Source: Candidatus Altiarchaeales archaeon (GTDB taxonomy: Archaea; Altiarchaeota; Altiarchaeia; IMC4; SCGC-AAA252-I15). From it: 64,000 nucleotides of DNA. Below are positions 19,679-28,842 of this stretch, piece after piece. Position 1 is the stretch's first letter; each line of letters starts with the position of its first letter. The translations under genes were made by a program, and so were the position numbers. The stretch is from contig WJMO01000005.1 of NCBI GenBank assembly GCA_014727915.1, positions 447,243-511,242 on the forward strand, read 5' to 3'. The notes below the pieces were generated by a model, which saw only the letters and a list, made by a program, of their open reading frames with translations, had not been told where the DNA came from and did not search any database.

Positions 19679-22600
19679 ATGGTACACAAGGGTTACAGGA
19701 TTATCACCCTGTTGGCGGCGGCCCTCATAATCTGCTCTGTTTCCGTGTCCTCCCAGGAGGTGAACATGTCGGTCACAATACCAATAGTCCCCTGGAACAA
19801 GATAATCTACCCCGACGGCGTCTACGAACCCTACATGGAAGGGCTGAAGGGCACCCACAGGCACACGTTCAAGCTTAAGTTCCTCAACTTCACCGCGGAG
19901 GCGGGGTCAACCCTAAGCTGCCTACTAAGGCGTTCTGACGGGAGCTTGCAATCCCTATATGAGATAGTCCCCCAGTCCAAGGACAGGGTGGAGGAGCTGG
20001 AATACACGGTCCAAGTCTCCGACCCCATAAACAAGGCGGTTCCTTGGTATGTGGTCAACTGCACATTGAGGGATGGCCTGGGAGAGCTATTGTACGTCGA
20101 CAAAAGCCACTATAACCACCCGCTGAAGAAGCAGATATACGTTCACGGGAACACGTGGACCCGGTTCGACACAATATACGACGACGCGTATCTCGCGTCG
20201 AGGTGTTGGATGGGCATACCCAAGAGGTACTTCAACAACAGCGTCTGGTGCGACTACGCCGGGGACGTCGGATTCGCGGTGGCGATGAGCAGGGGCATGT
20301 ACGTGGAGGGGGACTGCCACGACGGCGCCGACGGGATGGACCAGAACACGGACGTCGACTGCGAGGACATATACTGCCAGGGGATGATATACAGTTGCAG
20401 CCCCAAGGCATGGGCTGGGGACCCGTTCCTCGGATCATGCAGCAGCGGGGTATGCTGGGAGACCAAGAGGTTCGCAGGACACGACGTCACCTACTACTAC
20501 ACGAGGTATGTCAGGGCTGGGGGGACATTGAAGGTGAGGTTCAAGCCTGACAGGTACTACACAACGAAGCCCATATCCTACGCGTTGACCGGGCTTCCGG
20601 GGTTCAGCTCGGAGGGCACCTACACAGACCATGACTCCCATAAGCCGGAGAACGAGGAGGTGACTGGCACGAGCTACGCCCTGGAGGACCCGAAAGGCTA
20701 CTATGGGGACATGGACTTCGTCATGTATCTGAACCCGGCCGGAGTCAGGCAGGGCTGGAACACCTTCAGCATATACATGGTCCACCACGGCCAGGACCTG
20801 CTCATAGAGGGCATTCCCTATTATGTTAGCGACAACGCTCCCTCTAACTGGGATGAATCCGACATAATGCCCCCGGCGATTGACATACCCTGCGGTGACG
20901 GCCTGGACAACGACCTAAGCTACTCATACGACTGCCTTGACAGCAACTGCGACGGGGAGGTCGGGGGCAACGACTGCGAGGGAGGTCCAGCCTACTGCGA
21001 GTATGCGTTGGAAGGCGACTGCGACGACTGCTTCGACAACGACGCCGACTACTCCGTGGACTGCGGCGACTACAACTGCAACGGGGAGCCAGGCAACTAC
21101 TATGACCCCTCGGACATATGCGAGTTCGGCTGCGAAGGCTGCGGCGGCAGCTACCCAAGCCACTGCGTGGACGGGTTCGACAACGACAAGGACGGCGTCA
21201 TAGACTGCATGGACAGGTCCTCCTGCTGGGGGAGGGGGGGCGAGTCAGATTCGCAGCCCTGCCCTGCCTACGAGAGCAACAGCCCAAGCTGGTGCGCTGA
21301 CGGCCTGGACAACGACTTTGATGGGGCAGTGGATTGTGAGGACTACGACTGCAGGGGTGTGCAGATAGGCGCCGCCTACGCCTGCCCCTATAATGAACTA
21401 TACGATGTGGAGGGCAACTTCCGGCCCGACCAGTGCTTCGACAACAAGGACAACGACCTGGACAGCCCCGACCTGATATACCATGGTCCGGGTACTTACA
21501 TTGACTGCGGGGACCCCGACTGCATAAGCATGGTAAACCCAGACAACCCCAGCCAGAAGTGCACGCAGACTGAGTACATGGAAGACCTGGGAGTCCAGCT
21601 CTGCGACAACGGCATAGACGACGACAGCGACGAAGACCAGGGCTGGCCCGGCGGCACAGACTGCACGGACCAGGACTGCTACCAGAAGTTCGACCTCTGC
21701 GGGCCCTGCCCCTACTTCGAGAGCTTCAGGTACGACAGCTGCACCAACGGCGAAGACGACGACTTTGACTACATCCTCTACGGCGAGCAGACCGACTGCG
21801 CCGACCCGGACTGCATAGGCGAGGTGGGCAGCCTTGAGAACAGCCAATTATGCGAGGAGAGCGAGACAACGTGCAATGACCGATTCGACAACGACGCGGA
21901 CACCCTCACAGACTGCGACGACCCGGACTGCACCGGCAGGACCGGCCCGGGCGGCGGAGTATGCGCGAACACAGAGGCTACGAGCACCCTGTGCAAGGAC
22001 AACTTCGACAACGACGGGGACACCCTAATCGACTGCATAGACCCCCAATGCTGGGGGGTCTCAGGTTCCGGCTGCGCTGCCAAGACCTGGAGCGAGGGAA
22101 CCCCCATCGAGATACCGTACATGACACCCCTGAAGAGGATACAGCCGACGAGCATCAGCTACAGCCACCTGGAACGGCTGCATGTGAATGAATCCTATGT
22201 GATAAGGTTCATAGGCGATGGGGAATACTCCGCGGTCGTGCACACACTCGGCGACGCGACAAACCCCCTCCGGCTATTCCCCTATGATGCGGACTCATGC
22301 GTTCTCACAGGCCAATCAAAGCTGAGATGGGTGTCCAACCAATTGGATGTCGGCCAGATACAGCACAAGCCCGACTTCGTGGACTCCGCCAACAAGCTGG
22401 ACGGGTTCGACGTGACATTGACCTGCGACGGCGTTCCAAACCCCCAGAACAAGACCTACCCGGCCACATTATCGAACCTCGACGGCACAACGCCGGAGAT
22501 GGTGGACTTCCTCCTCAACACCCAGGTCTTCCCCGTCAAGAACCCCCTGATTGAGAAGCTGGAGGTCGAGCCATCTGAGGGGGGCAGGGTGGACATACCC

Positions 22601-24442
22601 TATGGCGGATACTTCGACATACGGGCCATCCCAAACATGTCAGTGACGGATGACGTCAGCCAATGCCACTTCAACATAAGCGACGTGACATACGTGACAC
22701 CCTCCGACTGCATATTCCGCAACTCGGGCGTCATAGACGATGAGTTCATCGCGGTAAGCGTCGCATTGGAGGATGGCCTGGGCAACATAGGCCCCTCCAG
22801 CAGGATGAGGTATGTCGATGTCAATGTAATGCCCAAGCAGAAGAACATAACCTTGGACCAGGTGTTCCTTAGGTCAGGCGACCGGCTGACTGTGACAGCG
22901 TCCTTCATAACCGCAGAGACAGGCCAGTTCATAGGCGAATGCATCATTCACCTGACAGACCGGTCAGGCTTCGAGCTGGACACATTCAACCTACCTGGTG
23001 ACGTTGTGATGAACGAGATAGAATGCACCGGGGAGATAGACACCTCAGGCCTGGTGAACGGCATGTACCATATCACGGCAACCGCCGAGGACGAGGACGC
23101 CGACCAGGGAAGGTCCAACAAGAAGCTGTTCTACATATGCAACGACTACTCGAGCAGCGGAGACGGGTGGGACTGCGCAAAGGCAGACTTTGACCTGGAT
23201 GGCATACCAGACCTGTGCGTCATAAACGGCTCCGTCGTGACCACCACAACCACTTCGACAACATTGTTGAACGTGACGACCACGACACTGCCGCCGGAGA
23301 CGATAGGATGCCAGACAATATGCGCGGACTACTACAACACGGACCAGTGGGCATGCACTGGGGACCTGACATGCAACATAAACGGGTCCAAGTGGGTTTG
23401 GACCCACGATGACAGAGGGGACGTGGACTGTTTCCTCGCCGATCCTCAGACGAACTACTGCTGCTGCCAGCTTGAAGGCCTGGAGACCACCACCACAATA
23501 CCCTCGGTGAAATACCTGCCCTCATGCGACAACGGGTTCAGGGACGAGAACGAGGAGGGCATAGACTGCGGCGGCCCCTGCCCGCCCTGCCACTGCTTCA
23601 ACGGCAAACAGGACATGGGAGAGCTTTGGATAGACTGCGGCGGCGTGTGTCCCCAGTGCGGAAGCTGTGACAATGGCATACAGGACCCCGGCGAGAACGG
23701 CGTCGACTGCGGCGGCCCCTGCCCGCCGTGCTCGGACGAGGACATAATAACCGGGACCAACCTTGGACTCCAGCCCAGGCTGTACATAATCGACCTCCCA
23801 GCCTATGTCTCAGCAGGCAGGGACGTCCACTTCAAAGTAGTTGACAACAGGGGACTGGGCACCAAGGCCTTCCTAGAGTATAAGATGCCGAACGGCATCG
23901 TGATACAGTCCTGGTCGGAGGAGAACGGGAACGCCAAGATGAACAGCTCCGTCGTCGGCCTATGGTCGGTTGAAGCGCGGAAGTTCGGTCACATACCGGC
24001 ATCTGCGGTCTGGGCATCGACGCCGTCCACGGCATCGGACGCGGTATCCGCGACCGGGTCAATACTGGTTCCGCTGGCCGCGGCAGGTCTGCTGCTGCTC
24101 TGGTGGCGTAGGCGCAGGAAGGGATATGCAGCCAGCGAGCTGGCATTGAGGAGGCTGGAGACCTCAGACACCATAGAAGAGCTCGCTCCCATATACGTGA
24201 CCGAGTCGGCATACAATAACCTCGTCGAGATAAGCAGTCTGCTGAAGCCGGTTAAGCTTTCGGACATGGAGCTAACTAAGGCCGATCGTATAGCCGACGA
24301 GCTGGGCGTCGACAACGAATGGGCTAAGCTGCTGGTAATAGCCGAGAAGAAGAAGGTAAAGAAGCTCATATTGGAGGGTGAACTCCAGTTCTCAGAGTAT
24401 CATCTGACGAAGATAGTCCCGGTATGGAGCGAGATGAAATAG
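19679..24442 (+). CDS. Giant Cys/Asp-repeat cell-surface protein (single-pass, cytoplasmic tail)
   Basis: Signal peptide, many CxDGxDNDxDxxxDCxDxDC repeats, three DCGGxCxxC repeats, Thr runs, TM followed by RRRRK. Confidence 0.9.
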   Translation: MVHKGYRIITLLAAALIICSVSVSSQEVNMSVTIPIVPWNKIIYPDGVYEPYMEGLKGTHRHTFKLKFLNFTAEAGSTLSCLLRRSDGSLQSLYEIVPQSKDRVEELEYTVQVSDPINKAVPWYVVNCTLRDGLGELLYVDKSHYNHPLKKQIYVHGNTWTRFDTIYDDAYLASRCWMGIPKRYFNNSVWCDYAGDVGFAVAMSRGMYVEGDCHDGADGMDQNTDVDCEDIYCQGMIYSCSPKAWAGDPFLGSCSSGVCWETKRFAGHDVTYYYTRYVRAGGTLKVRFKPDRYYTTKPISYALTGLPGFSSEGTYTDHDSHKPENEEVTGTSYALEDPKGYYGDMDFVMYLNPAGVRQGWNTFSIYMVHHGQDLLIEGIPYYVSDNAPSNWDESDIMPPAIDIPCGDGLDNDLSYSYDCLDSNCDGEVGGNDCEGGPAYCEYALEGDCDDCFDNDADYSVDCGDYNCNGEPGNYYDPSDICEFGCEGCGGSYPSHCVDGFDNDKDGVIDCMDRSSCWGRGGESDSQPCPAYESNSPSWCADGLDNDFDGAVDCEDYDCRGVQIGAAYACPYNELYDVEGNFRPDQCFDNKDNDLDSPDLIYHGPGTYIDCGDPDCISMVNPDNPSQKCTQTEYMEDLGVQLCDNGIDDDSDEDQGWPGGTDCTDQDCYQKFDLCGPCPYFESFRYDSCTNGEDDDFDYILYGEQTDCADPDCIGEVGSLENSQLCEESETTCNDRFDNDADTLTDCDDPDCTGRTGPGGGVCANTEATSTLCKDNFDNDGDTLIDCIDPQCWGVSGSGCAAKTWSEGTPIEIPYMTPLKRIQPTSISYSHLERLHVNESYVIRFIGDGEYSAVVHTLGDATNPLRLFPYDADSCVLTGQSKLRWVSNQLDVGQIQHKPDFVDSANKLDGFDVTLTCDGVPNPQNKTYPATLSNLDGTTPEMVDFLLNTQVFPVKNPLIEKLEVEPSEGGRVDIPYGGYFDIRAIPNMSVTDDVSQCHFNISDVTYVTPSDCIFRNSGVIDDEFIAVSVALEDGLGNIGPSSRMRYVDVNVMPKQKNITLDQVFLRSGDRLTVTASFITAETGQFIGECIIHLTDRSGFELDTFNLPGDVVMNEIECTGEIDTSGLVNGMYHITATAEDEDADQGRSNKKLFYICNDYSSSGDGWDCAKADFDLDGIPDLCVINGSVVTTTTTSTTLLNVTTTTLPPETIGCQTICADYYNTDQWACTGDLTCNINGSKWVWTHDDRGDVDCFLADPQTNYCCCQLEGLETTTTIPSVKYLPSCDNGFRDENEEGIDCGGPCPPCHCFNGKQDMGELWIDCGGVCPQCGSCDNGIQDPGENGVDCGGPCPPCSDEDIITGTNLGLQPRLYIIDLPAYVSAGRDVHFKVVDNRGLGTKAFLEYKMPNGIVIQSWSEENGNAKMNSSVVGLWSVEARKFGHIPASAVWASTPSTASDAVSATGSILVPLAAAGLLLLWWRRRRKGYAASELALRRLETSDTIEELAPIYVTESAYNNLVEISSLLKPVKLSDMELTKADRIADELGVDNEWAKLLVIAEKKKVKKLILEGELQFSEYHLTKIVPVWSEMK

Positions 24443-24462
24443 TGCATTGTATGGGCTGGAGG

Positions 24463-25059
24463 TCACCTGACTCGCTCGGCCATGTTGGCGATGTATACCA
24501 TCGCGTCGACTATGTGCTTCACCCGCTTCTTGTCCTCGAACACCTTCTCCTGGTGGTATACGATATGCCCGTCTGAGAGGGTGAAGGGCATGTCCAAGGC
24601 TATCACCCAGTTGGCCACGTCCTTGGTGACTACCTTCTCTCCCTTCTTGGGGGAGCTGGAAAGGAACACGTACCTGTCGCCGAAACGCGGGTGGTCGACG
24701 TCGACTTCGCCCAGTTTCCTGCTGAAGAACCTTCCCCTGACCGCGATTATATGGGTGTCACGGACGCTCCTGTCGACTGACACCACGATCCTCGAGTGCG
24801 GGTGCCATTTGTCCACGTAACCTTTCTCGTTCAAAAGGTCCAGGGTCAGACCGCGCCCGCTGTAGGTTCCGGAAGCGAAGGCTGGCTTACCCTCAGTCTC
24901 AGGGTAGAAGTTGATCTTGAGCTCCCCAGCCAACTCCATCAAAACAGATTCAACAGGCTTTTTGGACGTGTGGTTGTAGACGAAGTATGCGCCGCCGCCT
25001 AGGCCTAGCAACCCTAGCAGAAGCCCGATGAAAAGGACCGCAAAGCTCAATAGGGACAT
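24463..25059 (-). CDS. Hypothetical membrane-anchored protein (paralog of 5616-6200)
   Basis: N-terminal TM followed by LAGELKINF..GTYSGRGLTLD. Confidence 0.7.
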   Translation of the reverse strand: MSLLSFAVLFIGLLLGLLGLGGGAYFVYNHTSKKPVESVLMELAGELKINFYPETEGKPAFASGTYSGRGLTLDLLNEKGYVDKWHPHSRIVVSVDRSVRDTHIIAVRGRFFSRKLGEVDVDHPRFGDRYVFLSSSPKKGEKVVTKDVANWVIALDMPFTLSDGHIVYHQEKVFEDKKRVKHIVDAMVYIANMAERVR

Positions 25060-25100
25060 GGTAAAGACTATTATAATAGTCCATTAAATAACTGGGGTTT

Positions 25101-26444
25101 TCAACGCATGGTCTGCAAGAATTTCCTTAGACTATCATAGTCGTTTTCAAGGGGGGTGACATTCTCCTCCAGGTCGTCCAAGCCCTTGAGGCTGTCGGGC
25201 AATTCAGGCTCGAACCCTAGGAGACTCTCTATCTCCTCCGGGAATTTAGCAGGGTCCGCAGTCTCAAGAGACACCGACAAAGCGCCCCCCTCAGATGCGA
25301 GGTAGTCCACTAACGCCTTCCAACCCACCGCGCCATGGGGTTCCAACAGCAGCCCATGCCTCTCATAGGCGTCCTTGATGGTCTTCCGCGTCTCATCATC
25401 CGAGACGGACACAGCCCAGAGGTCCCCTCTCATGGCTTCAACGTCCGGGTTCTCCCTCACGCGCCCTGTTTCGTCAATCCAGCCTCCGTACACGTGGAAG
25501 AGCCGGGCAAGGTTGCTGGGATGGCCGACGTTCATGGCATTGCTGATGCAAGCCCTGGAAGGCCTTAACGGCTTGTAAACTCCGGTCTTTAGGAATTCGG
25601 GGAACTCGTCGTTCTCGTTGGTTGCCACCACAAATCGCTTGACGGGCAGGCCCATCTCCCTCGCGACTATGCCTCCCATAAGATCGCCGAAGTTCCCTGA
25701 AGGAACGCTGAATACGATCTCATCCCCCTCTCCGGCGAGTCGGGAGTATGCGTATACGTAATAGAACGACTGCGGCAGAAGCCTCCCGAAGTTTATGCTG
25801 TTCGCGGATGAAAGGCGGAGGCTATCGAGCGAACTGTCTGAGAACGCCCTCTTAACCAGCGCCTGGCAGTCGTCGAACTTGCCGTCCACCGAGATAGTGG
25901 AAACATTGCCTCCCAATGTGGTCATCTGGCGTCTCTGCCTCCCAGTCACCTCCTTTTCAGGGAACAAGACAACGACCCTTACGTTCTCCAGGCCATGGAA
26001 TGCGTTCGCCACGGCGCTCCCTGTATCCCCTGACGTGGCAGTCAGGATCAACGCCTCACTGTCGTCTTCACCCAGGAAATAGGACATCAGACGCGCCATC
26101 ATCCTCGCGGCAAAATCCTTGAAGGACGCGGTTGGCCCACGGTCCAACCTCATGACATAGGCGCTGTCAAAGACGTGCTCGATCGGAACGTCAAAGTCAT
26201 AGGCCTCCCTGGTTATCCTGCCAACCTCCTCCGAGGGTATCTCCCCCTCAAGGAAGAGCATTGCCAGGTGGCGGGCTATCTCATGGTAGCTCATGCTACT
26301 GAAGCCCTCAAGGTCCGAAACTCCCATGCGTGGCACTTCAACGGGCGTGTAAAGCCCCCTGTCAGGAGCCTGACCCCTGATAAGCGCCTCTTTGAAGGAT
26401 ACCCTGTCACAGCCCCTGTTGGTGCTCTCGAACTCCACCGCCAT
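25101..26444 (-). CDS. thrC: Threonine synthase (class II, E. coli-like)
   Basis: GPTASFKDF, ATSGDTG, SANSINFGR, VPSGNFG, TADPAKF motifs. Confidence 0.95.
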   Translation of the reverse strand: MAVEFESTNRGCDRVSFKEALIRGQAPDRGLYTPVEVPRMGVSDLEGFSSMSYHEIARHLAMLFLEGEIPSEEVGRITREAYDFDVPIEHVFDSAYVMRLDRGPTASFKDFAARMMARLMSYFLGEDDSEALILTATSGDTGSAVANAFHGLENVRVVVLFPEKEVTGRQRRQMTTLGGNVSTISVDGKFDDCQALVKRAFSDSSLDSLRLSSANSINFGRLLPQSFYYVYAYSRLAGEGDEIVFSVPSGNFGDLMGGIVAREMGLPVKRFVVATNENDEFPEFLKTGVYKPLRPSRACISNAMNVGHPSNLARLFHVYGGWIDETGRVRENPDVEAMRGDLWAVSVSDDETRKTIKDAYERHGLLLEPHGAVGWKALVDYLASEGGALSVSLETADPAKFPEEIESLLGFEPELPDSLKGLDDLEENVTPLENDYDSLRKFLQTMR

Positions 26445-26483
26445 CTTCCACTCTAATAATGGTCCTAGCATTAATTAATAAAC

Positions 26484-27173
26484 ATGTTAAAGGCGGTTCT
26501 ATTCGACTTGGACGGCACCTTATACGACACCAGACGGCAGGTGGACTCGGCGAGGAGGAACGCCGTGAAGGCCATGATGGCCGCGGGATTGGACGTGGAC
26601 GAGGAAGAGGCCTTGACTGCATTGTCCGATGTGGTGTTGAAACGGGGGCCGAACTTCCAGCACCACTACGATGAGATGCTCGAGGTGCTGGGGTTCGAAA
26701 CAGACCCCAAGATCATAGCTGCGGGGATAGTGGCGTACCATGAGACAAAGACAGCCTATCTGGTCCCATACCCTGACACAGTATCCACGCTATTAGAGCT
26801 CCGTGACCTGGAGTACAAGCTTGCCGTAGTCACGGACGGCGTTCCCGTCAAACAATGGGAGAAGCTCATCCGACTCGGGCTGAAGGACTTCTTCCACACG
26901 GTCATAGTCTCATCGTCTGGAAGGGAGAGGAAGCCGTCCAAGAAGCCATTCCAGAGGGCTGCAGCCAGTCTGGGTGTGCGCGAGGAAGAATGCATGATGG
27001 TCGGGGACAACCTCGAGAGGGACGTGAGAGGCGGGAACAACGCGGGCATGAAGACCGTCCAGCTGCTGACGAACGTCAAGTCAGCGTCCAAGCCCGAGTC
27101 GGAGGACATGCTCCCTGACTATATCATTACGGAACTGAAGGAGCTCATCCCATTGCTGGAAGGCGAGGTATAA
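26484..27173 (+). CDS. HAD hydrolase (TIGR02253-like archaeal)
   Basis: FDLDGTL, AAGIVAYH, QWEKLIRLG, VGD motifs. Confidence 0.9.
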   Translation: MLKAVLFDLDGTLYDTRRQVDSARRNAVKAMMAAGLDVDEEEALTALSDVVLKRGPNFQHHYDEMLEVLGFETDPKIIAAGIVAYHETKTAYLVPYPDTVSTLLELRDLEYKLAVVTDGVPVKQWEKLIRLGLKDFFHTVIVSSSGRERKPSKKPFQRAAASLGVREEECMMVGDNLERDVRGGNNAGMKTVQLLTNVKSASKPESEDMLPDYIITELKELIPLLEGEV

Positions 27174-27175
27174 GT

Positions 27176-27583
27176 TCAAACCACAACCTGGGTGCCCGCT
27201 ATCTTGTCTCCCAACCGCAATCCTTCCGCGTCAACTACGGGCAGTAGCAGCTCCACCACCCCCACCACTGGTATGATGAATGATATGTTCCTCAGACCGG
27301 AGGAGACCAGGTCGCAGCGGCTCCCGTCACACTTGACCACCCGCAGGCCCAACGCCTTCTTGCCCACGCTCCTGCCGCCCATGATCCCGTCCCTTGCAAG
27401 GGCATAACCCAAGAACGCTATCGAACCGCCCAGGACCATCAGCATCTGGGCTATCACGACGATCGCACTGTCCGCTATCAAACCCAGGACATAACCCATG
27501 GCCAGGAATGCCAGCAGGGCCAGGAATGCCACGCCAACGTCGATCAGGAACGCCAGGACCCTCCTGCCAAGAGGTGCTCTCAC
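27176..27583 (-). CDS. RDD family membrane protein
   Basis: RRVLAFLID, SVGKKALGLRVV, RLGDKIAGT motifs. Confidence 0.9.
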   Translation of the reverse strand: MRAPLGRRVLAFLIDVGVAFLALLAFLAMGYVLGLIADSAIVVIAQMLMVLGGSIAFLGYALARDGIMGGRSVGKKALGLRVVKCDGSRCDLVSSGLRNISFIIPVVGVVELLLPVVDAEGLRLGDKIAGTQVVV

Positions 27584-27632
27584 TTCAAACCACCTGCTCG
27601 ATTAATTTATGTTAAGCGGCTGTATAAATAAG

Positions 27633-28001
27633 ATGGCATTCATACGAAGGGATGCGCTGGAGTTCATGCTCGGAGTCTCAAGGGAAGCGCATCCCAGGGA
27701 GTTCATAGGATTGCTCAGGGGTGATGAAAACACTGTGAGGGAGGTCATGGTCATACCTGCCAGCCTGTACGGGGAAGGGTTCTCCCACTTCAACTGGATG
27801 CACGTGGGCATGGACAAGAGCATAATCGGCAGCGTTCACAGCCACCCTTCCACCAACAACAGACCGTCCAAGACCGACGTCAGGAACTTCTCGAAGACTG
27901 GGGACATACATCTGATAATAAAGTATCCCTATGAGACGGCCGCGGACGTCGCATGCTATGACAGCAGAGGAAACAGGCAGGACATCATAGCATTGGAATG
28001 A
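27633..28001 (+). CDS. JAMM/MPN+ metalloprotease
   Basis: PREFIGLL and HSHPS-x5-S-x2-D JAMM motif. Confidence 0.9.
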   Translation: MAFIRRDALEFMLGVSREAHPREFIGLLRGDENTVREVMVIPASLYGEGFSHFNWMHVGMDKSIIGSVHSHPSTNNRPSKTDVRNFSKTGDIHLIIKYPYETAADVACYDSRGNRQDIIALE

Positions 28002-28035
28002 ACATAAATGTGCAGGAAATTCGAAACCGACAAGC

Positions 28036-28043
28036 TTTTATAT
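28036..28043 (+). promoter_or_regulatory. TATA box for the predicted ncRNA
   Basis: TTTTATAT ending 23 nt upstream of the start of the end-paired structure. Confidence 0.6.
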
Positions 28044-28065
28044 GGGTGTTCGTATACGCTATCAA

Positions 28066-28265
28066 GGGTGTAGGGAAATCAAGTAATTCGCCCAATAGGC
28101 ATCCCATTGATAACCGGATAGGGGGTTGTCGGTTCAACTTCGGTTGAACTCTCTCAGGAGTGATGCGGTGTCTGCAATCCGTCAAGCTTACGCAAGATGG
28201 TGGTTGGGGAATACTTCCGAAAAGGGAAGTGGGCGTAAAAAACCCTGCTTGACCCTATAGCACCT
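28066..28265 (+). ncRNA. Unassigned structured ncRNA closed by a canonical BHB motif (predicted 181-nt circular product 28078-28258)
   Basis: GGGUGU/GCACCU, AGGG/CCCU 4-bp helix, AAA and AUA 3-nt bulges, UCAAGUA/UGCUUGA. Internal hairpins include a C(UUCG)G loop. Upstream TATA and downstream pyrimidine tract. Confidence 0.7.
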
Positions 28266-28398
28266 GCTTCTTCTGCGACCTTTTTCCATACGGTCCCAGG
28301 ATACCGTCAATTCCGCCTAATCGCCTTGAAAAATAGACTCTCTCGACCTTCCATTATATAAACCCTGACACGAATAACTAGATACACGAGGGTGGAAG

Positions 28399-28815
28399 AT
28401 GGCTGAAGAAATCATAAAAATCGGGGAATTGACGCCGAAGGCCAAGCGAGTCAACGTTGTGTTCAAGGCGGTCAGCAAAGAGGATGTGAAGAAGGTAAGG
28501 TCAAAGAAGGATCATACGCCCCATGTGGTGACAGAGGCGACTGTGGGCGACGAGACGGGCACCGTTCTACTGACATTATGGGATGAGAACGTCGAGCAGC
28601 TGGAGACGGGCAAGACGTACAAGCTCGAGAACGGATATGTGACACTCTTCAAGGGCACCATCCGGCTTAACATCGGAAAATACGGAGAGCTTTCGGAGGC
28701 GGAGGACCTTGACGTGGAAGTCGACATGGAAAACAACATGTCAGAGAAGGTGTTCGAGGAGTACCAGAGGAACAGGAGATACGAGGGATTCGGCTCCGGG
28801 AGCTTCTGGCCTTAA
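28399..28815 (+). CDS. Single-OB-fold ssDNA-binding protein (RPA/SSB)
   Basis: VGDETGTVLLTLWD, LENGYV, RLNIGKYG motifs. Confidence 0.9.
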   Translation: MAEEIIKIGELTPKAKRVNVVFKAVSKEDVKKVRSKKDHTPHVVTEATVGDETGTVLLTLWDENVEQLETGKTYKLENGYVTLFKGTIRLNIGKYGELSEAEDLDVEVDMENNMSEKVFEEYQRNRRYEGFGSGSFWP

Positions 28816-28842
28816 CGATAAACTAGAGGGGGTTAGACTAAG

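Noticed and set aside
20860-22050. CRISPR-like periodicity
   Set aside because: Repeats are degenerate protein-coding units within one ORF, with no identical DNA repeats.
28066-28265. RNase P RNA (3' AAAAACCCUGCUU resembles ACAGAACCCGGCUU)
   Set aside because: No GAGGAAAGUCC-type 5' P4 strand on either strand, so it is left unassigned.
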